Assembly: GCF_963676685.1 (NCBI RefSeq)
Contig: NC_092354.1
Coordinates: 45,384,001 to 45,448,000 of the forward strand
Direction: 5' to 3'
From: Mytilus edulis
Taxonomy: Eukaryota
Length of the DNA: 64,000 nt
Below, one piece after another: positions 14,996 through 27,693 of the stretch (position 1 is the stretch's first letter; every line of letters starts with the position of its first letter). The notes under the pieces are model-generated. The model was not told where the DNA came from. It ran no database searches and saw only the letters and a program-made list of their open reading frames with translations. Both the position numbers and the translations under genes were made by a program.

Positions 14996-15445
14996 CTAAT
15001 GAAAAAATGGATACTGTCGAAAATGTAGTGTTAGTGACACCGTCTTCTTCAAAAATGATGGAGTTTTCAATTCGTCGTCCAATATAAAGAATTCAATGTC
15101 AAATATTTGCGTTTTATGTATCGATAGATAATGTGGTGATTCATATTTGTGGGTGCAGTTTCCTTTTTTATTACATTGCAATCTACGAAGTATAAGTTGT
15201 TTTTGTCCCCCATTAACAATGGAATAATCTACCAGATTGCACAAAACATACAAACTACCCATAAACGTAGTTCTATTATCCTCCTTGATGCGTATCTCAG
15301 TCAATGCCACTTTCCAAATATTGTCGAGTTGCAAAGGTTCAGACAGATGAATTTTGAAATTCGTTGAAGTATTGTCTGGGAAATAAGTTTTATTTTGCTC
15401 CGAGTCACTGTCTATGAATAAGAAGAAACTGTTGGTGGATGACAT
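14996..15445 (-). CDS. Polinton minor capsid (penton/PX) of a second, fragmentary Maverick
   Basis: YFPDNTSTNFKIHLSEPLQLDNIWKVALTEI...LYVLCNLVD...LRR...LTLHFR. Homologous to 28893-29339 and in the same position after the integrase. Confidence 0.85.
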   Translation of the reverse strand: MSSTNSFFLFIDSDSEQNKTYFPDNTSTNFKIHLSEPLQLDNIWKVALTEIRIKEDNRTTFMGSLYVLCNLVDYSIVNGGQKQLILRRLQCNKKGNCTHKYESPHYLSIHKTQIFDIEFFILDDELKTPSFLKKTVSLTLHFRQYPFFH

Positions 15446-15449
15446 AGTT

Positions 15450-16588
15450 TTACTGATTTTTAACATCTGATTCAGCAACCCAAGAATTGAATCGTTCCGA
15501 ATATCCCAACCACTTCACAAAATACTGAACTTGTTTGTTCCTCTTCCTTTTCTTTATGATTTTTTCAATTTCCCACAATGCATCTTCTGATTTGTTTACA
15601 GGTTGCACTTTCGAAAAATAAAAATTCCCCAGAATCCGTTGTTCCAGTAGGTCGGCCAGCTTATACATTTGAAGCCCCTGCATTTGAAAGCGTGCGTATA
15701 TCTTGAATACCTCATACGACCATTGTTCATTATAGACACGTTGAAAAGGTCTACGCTGATTCGAAATACGAACTAGTTGTCCTTTTCTATATTTATATAC
15801 ACTTTTTCTAAAGGCTTTCTTTCCTTTCTTGATAACATTAGAAGTCTTTCCTTTACGTTTCTTTTTAGGTCTCAAGTACATGTAGGCCCAGAGGTTAGCT
15901 GCGTTATCTGCATTAACATCCTTTGGTGCTATGTTATCTAGTGACCTATGTGGAGTGGCATTATATGACTTCACTAAATCCTGTAACGAATCGATGTATC
16001 TGTTTGACTTGTGTTTTGCTAAATATCTATATATCATGGTTTTTAAAGTTTTATTCAATCTTTCCACATAGTTTGCTTTCACCTCATTTAATGTAACATG
16101 ATGGTATATGTTCTTATCATTTAATAACTTTGAAATCCATTTGTTCTTAAATTCAGTACCCGCATCACTTCTAATTGTTTTAGGCGAAACTTCATTTAAA
16201 ATTATTGATAAAGCTTTCTCTACTTCTTTTCCTGTCTTATCTTTCAATAGCATCACCCAAGCAAAGCGGGTGAATACATCAACAGCCACAAGCAAGTATC
16301 TGATGCCGTCGTTCTTTGTACTTAAAGATTGCATGTCAGCTAGGTCAATATCAAGTTGTTGTTTTGGACCAGAAACAACAACCCGAGCTCTCTGAAATCT
16401 CCTTCGCACTGGCTTCTGTAAACTGTAATCATCTTGATTTTGTAGCCATTTTCGTATTTTGTGAACACCTATTTTATCATTGCCACCTCGTTTTAGCACT
16501 AGTTGTATTTTTTTTTTGCACCTTGATATGCTGCTGGTTTTGATGTATCATAATATACATTTGTTAGCGTATTTTCCTCTTGATTCAT
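15450..16588 (-). pseudogene. Polinton retroviral-like integrase with C-terminal chromodomain, frameshifted near 16510
   Basis: DIDLADM / SDAGTEF / VERLNKTLK DDE motifs and YFVKWLGYSERFNSWV chromodomain. N-terminus MNQEENTLTNVYYDTSKPAAYQG from 16588 is out of frame at an A run. Confidence 0.9.
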
Positions 16589-16589
16589 T

Positions 16590-16893
16590 TTATTGATAAT
16601 TTGTTAAAATGTCAGCAGCTTCTCTTATCATACATTCCATCAACTGTTTATTCTGGTTGTTTTCGAACCACCAGTTCCAATTGAACAATTCACTAAATTC
16701 CTTTACTTTTTCAGAGGGAATGTCGAGGTTTGCTGTATTTTTGGTAAACAAGTTGGATATTTCACTATGATCAATGTTTTGAAAAGCCTCTGCAAAATGA
16801 AACATTAATACTTCATCATCTGTGGTAGTTAAAACAATCGTGGTGGAGATGACTTGGCTCGTTATATTGGCAACCTATACATCTTTCTGCATT
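16590..16893 (-). pseudogene. Small Cys/His-motif protein upstream of the integrase, frameshifted
   Basis: CIGCQYNEPSHLHHDC lies upstream of and out of frame with the 71-aa ORF, and abuts the integrase start. Confidence 0.4.
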
Positions 16894-17222
16894 GATCATT
16901 CGACATATGCATAAAATTTCTCTTGCATAAGTGAAAACCAATTGATTCCTTATCCGAAATTTAGTTTATAATTCGTCTGACATCCCTACTTTCAATAAAT
17001 TATACTAAAATCACCCGAGGTAACCAAGACTTTTTATATCATTCTTTTCTTTTTTAATTTGTAGAGTTATCTTTCTTTTTACGTTGGTATTAAAAGATCA
17101 TTGATATCACATGATGCGTGAACAACATTCTTTACATATTTTGTAGACAATAACCAAACAAATATAAAATATAGGCGTCATGATCAAGATGTGGATGGCA
17201 TTCCTCGTATATTTAGTAAACA

Positions 17223-17864
17223 ATGGTCAAACAAAAGAAAAACACGGGGTCAAGTGCTTCAACCATCCATTTTATACTACTCTTTCCCAAGGATAGGCAC
17301 AATGGAAAGTCGGCTAAAATCAACTTAACGACAATATTACATAAAAACACAACTCGCGATTTAGTAAATAGTATACCAACAAATGCTTTGGTTGACACCG
17401 GTGCAGACATATCATGCATATCACAATCATTTTTAAATAAGATTTTCATGAGTAAACCAAATTTAAAGAAAACACACGTATATTCAGTTTTAGGTATAGG
17501 ACAACAAAAGTTGAGAGTGCTAGGAAAAGTATTGTTGACTACTAAGATAAAAGACCAATGTTTTGAGTTTGATTTTCATGTCATTGACACTTTACCACAT
17601 TCACTCATCGGTGTAGATGTTTTAGAGACGCACAATGTTACTATTGATTTATTTAGAAAATCTATGGAAATATCAGATAAATGTGCTAAAATTTGCTCAC
17701 TTGAGACTAATTTAGGTTTTGCTCGATGTATTAAATCTTGTGCATTGCCTGCCAATTCCGAGATAGTTCTACCAGTACATGTATCAAGAAGAATCCAAGG
17801 TGAGCAAGTACTATATAAACCTGTTTCGCCCAACGCTTGGCACTTCGGTGTTGTGGCATATTAA
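17223..17864 (+). pseudogene. Ty3/Gypsy pol fragment: retropepsin aspartic protease
   Basis: ALVDTGADISCIS catalytic motif and LIGVDVL flap-end motif; no RT follows. Confidence 0.85.
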
Positions 17865-18528
17865 AATATAAGAAACTTCCTTTCTATTATTCACAGGTTA
17901 GTTGAACTATTTTATTTAAGTTTTAAGCAGTAAACTGAGTACTCGATAAAGATAAAGTATTTTTATATTATTATTTATTAAAAAGCAAAGTTAATTCAAA
18001 TTATTAAATTACTTGGTTTAATTGTTTATGCAAAGTTGTGTCAATATCAGATAAACAATTTATGCAATATTTAATTAAATAAACTAGAACATAAATTATC
18101 TTTCTATTATCAAGTTTAAATGAACAACTTATTTACATAATTTAAGATGAAACCTCATAAGGTCAACCGCTTATTTATATATATATTATGGAAACTTCTT
18201 CAATTATTCTTTATCTATATTTGTTATGTTTGTATATATATTATTATGTATTGTTTATGGTAATACATGACTTCGGTGTTGAAGCATATTAAAATATTAG
18301 AAACTTCCTTTCTATTATTCACAGCCAAATCGTCCCAACCAAAGCCAAACTACGGCAGAGTTACAGGTCCGTCTTAAAAACTACGAGACAGTTAGAATAG
18401 TCCTGATATATTTAGGAAGAATCGGTGATGAAGTGCTGGTGGTTCTCACTTTTTTTTTCGGCTTAACCAGTCAATTCATTGTCAAAGAAAACAGTAAACA
18501 TTTACTTAGTGTCAATGAACACTTATAT

Positions 18529-18723
18529 TGTAATAGAAAAATGTACTTTATTTGATTTCATATAGTTACTAATTAATACATGTAAAATCTTCTGTGAACA
18601 ATATTTTATAGTCAATTATTGTTTAACTACTATATACTTTAAAGCCAAACTTTCATGTTTAATTGGTGAACATAAGAAACAACAAATAGACTTTTGTTTC
18701 AAGTAAGTGTCACGCTGTTCTAA
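18529..18723 (+). repeat. 5' part of an LTR of the env-bearing Gypsy element, joined by deletion to mid-env
   Basis: TGTAATAGAAAAATG start is shared with 21247 and 47843. Its continuation is shared with 49699-49758. Switches to env sequence at a CTAA microhomology. Confidence 0.7.
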
Positions 18724-20215
18724 ATATGTTGTTCTACAAAACAATACAAAATTGTATTTAGCTGTCCAATTTCCTTTAACAACTCATGGCAAACTATTTG
18801 AAGTATATAAAATAAAATCTGTTCCTGTTCAAGTTACTACCAATACTTCTCACGCAACTCAACTTTTTGACGTACCTAGATATATGCTGATCACGCATGA
18901 TCGTAAATTTTTCACAACTCTTAACTTTTGAACAAATGAATATGTGTCAAGGTATGACTCCAATGCATTGTAATTTTAATCCTTTATTTCAATCATCCAA
19001 TACTACAGAATGTGCTTTTCATATTTTCAATAATGACAAACAGAAAATCAAAAACTTTTGTGATTTTAAATTTTTGCCTAATTCCATTTCACCACATATT
19101 GAGCAAATATCAGACGATTCAGTTCTAATTTATCAATATGATAATTTAAATTTAATGTGTAATGATAAAAATATAACACTATCAGGTTGTTCCTTTTGTA
19201 TTTTAAGGATCCCTTGTCACTGTATTTTACTTTCTAAAAATTCACATTTTGCAACAAAATTATCACTTTGTGAAAATGGAATATATGATTTTACCAAACT
19301 CCATCCAGTTAACTTAGCAATTTTACAACACTTCTTTGATGATTCAAAAATTGAAAATATCCTTGCTACAACTTTCACTGATCCAGTTTCTATTTCTTTA
19401 CCAAACTTCACAATATACAAAAATAAAATGAATCATATTTTTGCTAAAGATGAAAAATATCACCTCAATTTAAAAAAATTCGTTACAAGAGTCAAGACAC
19501 AAAATACTATATATTCCACTTTAGCCGATTCTATGGTAGATGGCCAAATTGATCTAAACTTTGAAAAATGGCCTACGACAAACGATATATTATCATAAAT
19601 TGCAATTATTATTACTTCACTTAATACAATTGTTCTTATCTGGTTATTTTATAAATTCAAAATTATAGCTGCTGCAATCGCTATATATCAAACTGTTCAA
19701 ATATCGGCTACTACACTACCAAATTTTAAATTTGACCCTTCCACAACTCAAGCACCTACTACATGGATCATTGTATTAAATTCCAATATAACTTGGGATC
19801 ATGCTGTTTTAACATTAGCTTTTACTTCTTTTTTAATGACTATTATTTTATTAGTTAAATCCTTCAAAAGAACAAATATGAATACTAGATTATGTTTAGA
19901 AATAACAACAGGTTTCAATTGTGTTTGTATTCCAATTTATTCCATGCCTCTATGTCCAACATACTGGGATATTCATCTTCCAAACATTATTGATAATTTA
20001 TCTGTTGTAAATTACATTAGGCCAAAATTACATATATCTTATCCAAATTTTACAGTTCGATTTTACAGTTCGAAATAAAAATACTTATCTATCCATTCAG
20101 GTACCTGAAATTATCGATCTGAACATTTTCCAAGCATGCACACTAAGGTCAATACTTAAACATCCTTTCTCTGTTTATGTAATACTACTTCATCACAACA
20201 TTAAATGTCCTATTA
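18720..20215 (+). pseudogene. env: 3' half of F-type env (copy 1)
   Basis: Near-identical to 23621-25125. Cys-rich F-like ectodomain (CQGMTPMHC, GCSFCILRIPCHC), hydrophobic TM after the stop at 19596, several disablements. Confidence 0.75.
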
Positions 20216-21229
20216 AAAATGACAATAGGTTCGCAACAAATAGTGATCACCCAGGACAACCAAACAATCGTAACACTAATGTATACCCTTCTACTTTATA
20301 CTAATATTGTTTTTTCTATTTTCCCAGATATTGATATGCTAAAAGACGTAACCACCTTTTCGCCGGCCCAGCTCTGGTACCAATTATGTAATAACCATAC
20401 TGATATAGATTATTTAGAAGCCACAAATTATTTAGCTGATATCAATTTTGATCCATTCAATTATTCATTTCTTCAAACTGACTGTTTAGAAATTTTATTT
20501 AAAAATGAAGAGTTGGATATACCATATAATGATTTACCCCCCCCCCCCCCCCCCCTTTATGAGTTTATATATTTCCTATTATGAAATGTTACACAAGCAA
20601 TACATCAGACAACTTAGATACTGTCGTTAAATTTAAATTCTGTCAATCGATAAGTATATTATATTTACTATTTATTCAAAGTTTCTAATATATTAATTTT
20701 TCTTTACAATATCGCAAGAGTAAAACATTCATATAGAATCCCCCTTCATTTTTAGACTCTCCTCAAATTTCCTACCTTCAAGTGCGCGAATAAACGCGAA
20801 ATACTTGTATACAAATAAAATGAAATCATCGCTGCCATTGTGATATGTGTATAGATTATACAAAAAGAAAAAAAAAATGTCCCTTGTTTAGGCATGAAAG
20901 GGAAAATCGTTAACGTCATGGAAAGTTAACTAGATCTTAATTGAATGATATATTATAATGATCATTGTTTTTAAAATAGTCATTTAATAAAGTATCTTTA
21001 TGTACATCTGTAAATATTTGAAGGCCTTTAAATCATTGATTTATGTTATATATCCATTTAATTGTATTTTATGTTTTAATTTTTTTCATTGTGTATTTTA
21101 TTGTATTATATATATATGTATATGAAAAAAAAAATAGAAACAAAACAAAACAAAGAAAAATATTGTGTTATTATTGTTGGTTGTTTCATGGTGTTAGTAA
21201 ATTTAGATTGGTGGAACAATCTCCTTTTC

Positions 21230-21426
21230 AAAGGGAGAGCGATTATTGTAATAGAAAAATGTACTGTATTTGATTTCATATAGTTACTAATTAATACATG
21301 TAAAATCTTCTGTGAAAAATATTTTATAGTCAATTATTGTTTAATATACTTTAAAGCCAAACTTTCATGTTTAATTGGTGAACATAAGAAACAACAAATC
21401 GTAACACAATAGAATGGTAGAGGACC
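21230..21426 (+). repeat. Polypurine tract (PPT) - short LTR (21247-21406) - PBS junction between tandem Gypsy copies
   Basis: AAAGGGAGAGCGA, then TGT...ACA (160 bp), then TGGTAGAGGA at 21415 (partial match to initiator-Met PBS), then ATG at 21427. Confidence 0.75.
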
Positions 21427-21924
21427 ATGTTCAACAATAGCAGAAAACCACTGAAACAAGGAAAAACACCAGCTAATTATCATCAAGAAATTCAATGCGA
21501 TATTGAATCGGCCTTCGACAATTTAGATCTTTTCACAAAAAAAACAGACAACGTTATAAGCTTCAAACCCGATCACCCACCATCGTATCCAGTTGATAAT
21601 AACGACACCACAATACCATACGTTGAAGACCAGCCTTTCTTTCAATCATCGCCTATTCATTCCAACAAAAATCACTTTCTTTCGTCGTGGACAGGACAAC
21701 CTACTTTGCCATCCAGTATCACTTCATTAAGACCATCAATTGTACACCGGCCATCGATTCCATCAACGTTTGCTAAAAGACCGGCACCTACCACAAATTC
21801 ACTTCAAACGCCACAAAATTTTTCATCATTGTATCCTACCCTACCAATTTCAACTACAACTTCAACAACATCACAAATTTCTTCAACAGTGACTGCTACA
21901 ACATCCACAACAGTTCCTACTTAA
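21427..21924 (+). pseudogene. S/T/P-rich N-terminus of probable gag, truncated by internal deletion
   Basis: ATG directly after the PBS; low-complexity sequence; directly abuts the integrase C-terminus; duplicated at 48023. Confidence 0.55.
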
Positions 21925-22390
21925 TTTAAAAACACTTAGGCCAGTTAAATCATTTATTCATGCAAACAGACTTAAAGCTTATAAAGATCCAAAGGAATTT
22001 AGGCCACCTCCAAATCTTAGAAAAGATAATGAAGTTTTAGATAATGAACCTGGTAATATAAATCAACCAAATCCTAATAATTTAAATGAAGATTTAAATC
22101 CAACAGGAAATCCGGAAAATAACTCTCAAAGTGATGTTGATGAAGCAACATCAAGTCAAGGTCAAAACAAAAATGATAAATGGTATGAGGCTAGTAAATT
22201 ATTAAAACTAAAATGGATATCAGGAAAGAAACATTATTTAGTTCAATGGAAAGATAATTCAAACCCAACATGGGAACCGCAAGAGAATGTTAGTGAACCT
22301 TTAAAGATAGCATTTCATTCAGAAAAAGCGCGCAAAAGATTAAAAAGAAGACGTTTAAAAAAAAATGTTAAATTAATTTACAAAAGTGGC
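21925..22390 (+). pseudogene. C-terminus of Gypsy integrase with chromodomain (not in the ORF track)
   Basis: Hand translation IHANRLKAYKDP...KWYEASKLLKLKWISGKKHYLVQWKDNSKPTWEPQENVS. Confidence 0.8.
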
Positions 22391-22547
22391 ATGCAATTCA
22401 CAATCACATTAATCCACTTGACTACCTATATCAAAATTGTCCTTTCATTTAGACCACTGGAAAAATTTATCCCCAATCTTTTGATCTCCAGAAATCAAAT
22501 TAATTCTTTTTTTTTTTTATATTGTAGGCAAGTCAAGATTTGGATTT

Positions 22548-25125
22548 GTGACTTTGCGATTTTTGCTTTTTGCTTTACTTTTGTCAACGTCAAACGCAGA
22601 TGAACAGAGAATAAATTATGGAATAATATTTCAAAATCAACCTAATATTGACTTTGCTACAGATTATTGGACACATATTTATGAAATCCCAATGTATTTG
22701 ATTGATTGTTGGTTGCTTAACGTCCAGTGGCAAATATTTCATGCATATTCAGGACGAGAACAAGTTCACAATAAATACAATAGGTAGGTTGTTGTAATAG
22801 AGGCCATCTAGGATGATGGTCAGGGAAATTAGGACTGCCACTTGAAAATGAGGGTATATTGGATAGGGACAGAAATTTTGCCTTGCAACAGGCCCCCTAC
22901 GGACCCCTCAAAGAGTTGTTGCAAAGGTTCTTAACGTGCAAAGAGCGTGGCACTCTCTTTACACGAGGCATCGGATTTAACGTCCCCTTCTGACGGACGT
23001 GACTGCGAACTTGATACATCCCGCACAGCCAAACGGACGCCCCACTTCAGCAAGCGTTTTACTGCCGGTCGGGAGAAGACCAAGTGACCATATTTCTATA
23101 CCCCAGTCACCCTTGGGGTCCATTTGTAGGAAACATTGTAGGAGGATTGTTCGGTTTAGTAACTGAAAAATCTATGAAAAAAATAGTTTCCCATATAAAT
23201 ACCTTAACATCTGAAAACAATAAAATTTCAAACGCTTAAAAACAATATGGAGGTAGTTTAGCGTCTTTTGTTTCACAAACAGAGAAAAGACTTGACAATG
23301 CAATGCAAGGTATTGAAAAAAATTATCAGGCTTTATCCTTTTTAAATACCCTTATTCAAAGAGATTTTAAAACCTAGAAGAACATTATACAGACTATTTT
23401 CAAATTCTAACAGATCAAACTCAAGATGCTAACATTTTGCAAAATTATATAATAGATTTGAAATCAGCCATAATTAATTTAGTCGAAGGACAATAATCTC
23501 CTCTTCTTCTAAAACCAAAGGTTATTCAACAAACTGTATTGGATATTCAAAATATTTTAAACGCTAACTACACTGGATACAAAGTTTTAACTTCTAATCC
23601 ACATTACTATTATAATTATGCTAAATATGTTGTTCTACAAAACAATACAAAAAACAAAATTGCATTTAGCTGTCCAATTTCTTTTAACAACTCATGGCAA
23701 ACTATTTGAAGTATATAAAATAAAATCTGTTCCTGTTCAAGTTACTACCAATACTTCTCACGCAACTCAACTTTTTGACGTACCTAGATATATGCTGATC
23801 ACGCATGATCGTAAATTTTTCACAACTCTTAACTTTTGAACAAATGAATATGTGTCAAGGTATGACTCCAATGCATTGTAATTTTAATCCTTTATTTCAA
23901 TTATCCAATACTACAGAATGTGCTTTTCATATTTTCAATAATGACAAACAGAAAATCAAAAACTTTTGTGATTTTAAATTTTTGCCTAATTCCATTTCAC
24001 CACATATTGAGCAAATATCAGACGATTCAGTTCTAATTTATCAATATGATAATTTAAATTTAATGTGTAATGATAAAAATATAACACTATCAGGTTGTTC
24101 CTTTTGTATTTTAAGGATCCCTTGTCACTGTATTTTACTTTCTAAAAATTCACATTTTGCAACAAAATTATCACTTTGTGAAAATGGAATATATGATTTT
24201 ACCAAACTCCATCCAGTTAACTTAGCAATTTTACAACACTTCTTTGATGATTCAAAAATTGAAAATATCCTTGCTACAACTTTCACTGATCCAGTTTCTA
24301 TTTCTTTACCAAACTTCACAATATACAAAAATAAAATGAATCATATTTTTGCTAAAGATGAAAAATATCACCTCAATTTAAAAAAATTCGTTACAAGAGT
24401 CAAGACACAAAATACTATATATTCCACTTTAGCCGATTCTATGGTAGATGGCCAAATTGATCTAAACTTTGAAAAATGGCCTACGACAAACGATATATTA
24501 TCATAAATTGCAATTATTATTACTTCACTTAATACAATTGTTCTTATCTGGTTATTTTATAAATTCAAAATTATAGCTGCTGCAATCGCTATATATCAAA
24601 CTGTTCAAATATCGGCTACTACACTACCAAATTTTAAATTTGACCCTTCCACAACTCAAGCACCTACTACATGGATCATTGTATTAAATTCCAATATAAC
24701 TTGGGATCATGCTGTTTTAACATTAGCTTTTACTTCTTTTTTAATGACTATTATTTTATTAGTTAAATCCTTCAAAAGAACAAATATGAATACTAGATTA
24801 TGTTTAGAAATAACAACAGGTTTCAATTGTGTTTGTATTCCAATTTATTCCATGCCTCTATGTCCAACATACTGGGATATTCATCTTCCAAACATTATTG
24901 ATAATTTATCTGTTGTAAATTACATTAGGCCAAAATTACATATATCTTATCCAAATTTTACAGTTCGATTTTACAGTTCGAAATAAAAATACTTATCTAT
25001 CCATTCAGGTACCTGAAATTATCGATCTGAACATTTTCCAAGCATGCACACTAAGGTCAATACTTAAACATCCTTTCTCTGTTTATGTAATACTACTTCA
25101 TCACAACATTAAATGTCCTATTAAA
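22548..25125 (+). pseudogene. env: F-type (class I fusion) env, interrupted by a SINE, stops and frameshifts
   Basis: Signal peptide FLLFALLLSTSNA; fusion-peptide-like PFVGNIVGGLFGLVT at ~23120 followed by heptad repeats; Cys-rich region; TM helix. Confidence 0.8.
22698..23118 (-). mobile_element. ~420-bp SINE-like retroposon with (AATC)n tail
   Basis: Four full copies in the window; absent from the paralogous env at 49270-49290. Confidence 0.9.
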
Positions 25126-25754
25126 AATGACAATAGGTTCGCAACAAATAGTGATCACCCAGGTCAACCAAACAATCGTAACACTAATGTATACCCTTCT
25201 ACTTTATACTAATATTGTTTTTTCTATTTTCCCAGATATTGATATGCTAAAAGACGTAACCACCTTTTCGCCGGCCCAGCTCTGGTACAAATTATGTAAT
25301 AACCATACTGATATAGATTATTTAGAAGCCACAAATTATTTAGCTGATATCAATTTTGATCCATTCAATTATTCATTTCTTCAAACTGACTGTTTAGAAA
25401 TTTTATTTAAAAATGAAGAGTTGGATATACCATATAATGATTTACCCCCCCCCCCCCCCTTTTATGAGTTTATATAGTTCCTATTATGAAATGTTACACA
25501 AGCAATACATCAGACAACTTAGATACTTTCGTTAAATTTAAATTCTGTCAATCGATAAGTATATTATATTTACTATTTATTCAAAGTTTCTAATATATTA
25601 ATTTTTCTTTACAATATCGCAAGAGTAAAACATTCATATAGAATCCCCCTTCATTTTTAGACTCTCCTCGAATTTCCTACCTTCAAGTGCGCGAATAAAC
25701 GCGAAATACTTGTATACAAATAAAATGAAATCATCGCTGCCATTGTGATATGTG

Positions 25755-26038
25755 ACTACTAACGGGGGTTCTTTACCCCCTACAATACCTATTATAACCC
25801 CTATATGTCGAGCCCCTAGATACACAACCTCCATCTTATATGGGGGATAACTATTATAACCCCTATATTTTAAACCCCTAGATACACAACATCCATATTA
25901 TATGGGGGATAATTAACCCCAACCTTTCCAACACCCATATAACATCCAATGATATGGGAGTTAAATAACTCCCCCGACTTTAACATTCAAATGTTAAGGA
26001 GGTTAAATGGATTTTAAATGTTATTCAAGTTTGATACA
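25755..26038 (+). repeat. Left TIR, containing a 62-bp tandem duplication
   Basis: Reverse complement of 47221-47440 apart from scattered mismatches and the extra unit (25789-25850 / 25851-25912). Confidence 0.95.
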
Positions 26039-26255
26039 TGGGGGTTATACATATTTAAATGTTATATTCTACAACATACACCATTTTAACATCCATTCAA
26101 TTCAACAGGATGATTTTGTATCCTATATTTATGTAATCTGTTATATGAAAACAAAATCACTCACCATGAACTGTAATAATATAAATAAACTTTATGTTCA
26201 TCATGAGGTTTATACATCTTTTCGATCACATAGGTAGCATTTAAAAGAAAACAGA

Positions 26256-27293
26256 ATGGACAGATATCAATGTGGTTGTTTTTCTGAAACATTTCATGAT
26301 ACTTTTACTAATACTGATCAAATTGAACACAACAACATTTGTGGACAACACCCATCACAAGAATCAGCTAAAGAAGGCCATGACAAGAAATTTAAAATGG
26401 AACAGGTTATAGGAAAAGCTCGAGAAATGTTAATGGCACAAATGGATTCTGATAATGTGGCGCATCATTTGGCAACAAGAAACGTCATAACCGTAGAAGA
26501 TAAAAACAAAGTGTTCAAGATTAAATCTAAATATATGAAAGCTGAGAGACTTTTGAAACGTGTTATTGAGTCTAACAATTCATCTCTTCACCATTTGAGG
26601 ATGGCTTTAATCAAGGCAGACCAGAAAGATCTATTGAAGTATATAAGTGAAAGAAATGAGCAATACGTAGAGTTTGATGATGATGATTTAACCAAAAGCT
26701 TGGAAGGAAGGTGTATGATTCCGTTACAAGGTGATTCGTACGTTGTTGCGAAAACTTACAACGATAAGATTCTCATAAACATTCGTAATTATCGAAAAGT
26801 AGCTGAGAAGAAATATCCCACTAAACAAGGTGTGTCGCTTACACTCTCAAGATGGCTAAAGTTGAAATCTCAAAAAGACTACATTAACAGTATTTTTCAA
26901 CTTGTAACAGATGGCGAATCGGTAGACGAAGAACTTATTCACTTAGGCGGAGGAGTGTACGTGACACTAAATTCAAAATATCCTAATGTAGACCTAAGAC
27001 ATTTCTGGAAACCTGAGGATTCGGATAAACCCGTTCCAACCAAACGTGGAATAGCATTAAATAAAATCAAATGGAACAAACTTTGTGATGTCATGACTAT
27101 TATGACTGACTTTGTTCCAGAACTTAATAATGCTATCGTGTGTGAGTATACTCACTACAATGAAATGGAACTTCAGAAATGTTCTGAATGTCATCCATTT
27201 AGTGACGAAGATGAAGAGGAAGTATCTCAAAATCAGGAGGGGGATTTTCAGATAATGAAACCCATTATCATGCATGATCATGAATCTGAATAA
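26256..27293 (+). CDS. CARD - PC4 - PC4 - Cys/His-motif protein
   Basis: aa ~48-132 follow the six-helix CARD pattern. aa ~153-212 (INIRNY...YPTKQGVSLTLSRW) and ~228-285 (VDLRHFW...PTKRGIALNKIKW) match PC4/Sub1. C-x3-H...C-x2-C at the end. Confidence 0.85.
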   Translation: MDRYQCGCFSETFHDTFTNTDQIEHNNICGQHPSQESAKEGHDKKFKMEQVIGKAREMLMAQMDSDNVAHHLATRNVITVEDKNKVFKIKSKYMKAERLLKRVIESNNSSLHHLRMALIKADQKDLLKYISERNEQYVEFDDDDLTKSLEGRCMIPLQGDSYVVAKTYNDKILINIRNYRKVAEKKYPTKQGVSLTLSRWLKLKSQKDYINSIFQLVTDGESVDEELIHLGGGVYVTLNSKYPNVDLRHFWKPEDSDKPVPTKRGIALNKIKWNKLCDVMTIMTDFVPELNNAIVCEYTHYNEMELQKCSECHPFSDEDEEEVSQNQEGDFQIMKPIIMHDHESE

Positions 27294-27693
27294 AATGGTG
27301 GTTTGACAATTTGTGAAAAGCAATGGAATTAGATGACACACTAATGACAATAATATTATGTTTAATATATTTTGCTGTTGTATTTATAAAATAAAATATA
27401 CATATATAACTATTAATGTGTTTGTGTTTTTAATTTAATTCGGTATAACTGTTGAATTATTTTGGAACAGGTAGCAATATAGTTGACGATACTCTTATTT
27501 TTAGAGAAGGGTTTTACACTTTTAGTTTTTGTTTTTGATCAATCAATGTTGATATGGTTTGTTTTTAAAGGGATTTTTATTTTCGAATTGGTACAGATTT
27601 GTAAAATTTTATAAATCATTGTTACACAGATTTAATGTTCATTTAAGTGGGTTATCATCAGAACGTTAATACACGTTTAAAACTATTGTAAAT

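Noticed and set aside
17223-17864. Protease as the direct continuation of the 12242 gag after the Maverick relic
   Set aside because: No matching TSD or right TIR, and base composition differs from that gag; it may belong to another Gypsy family.
22548-25125. env as a fusogen carried by the Maverick
   Set aside because: It lies outside the TIR/TSD boundaries and belongs to the Gypsy unit that the Maverick interrupted.
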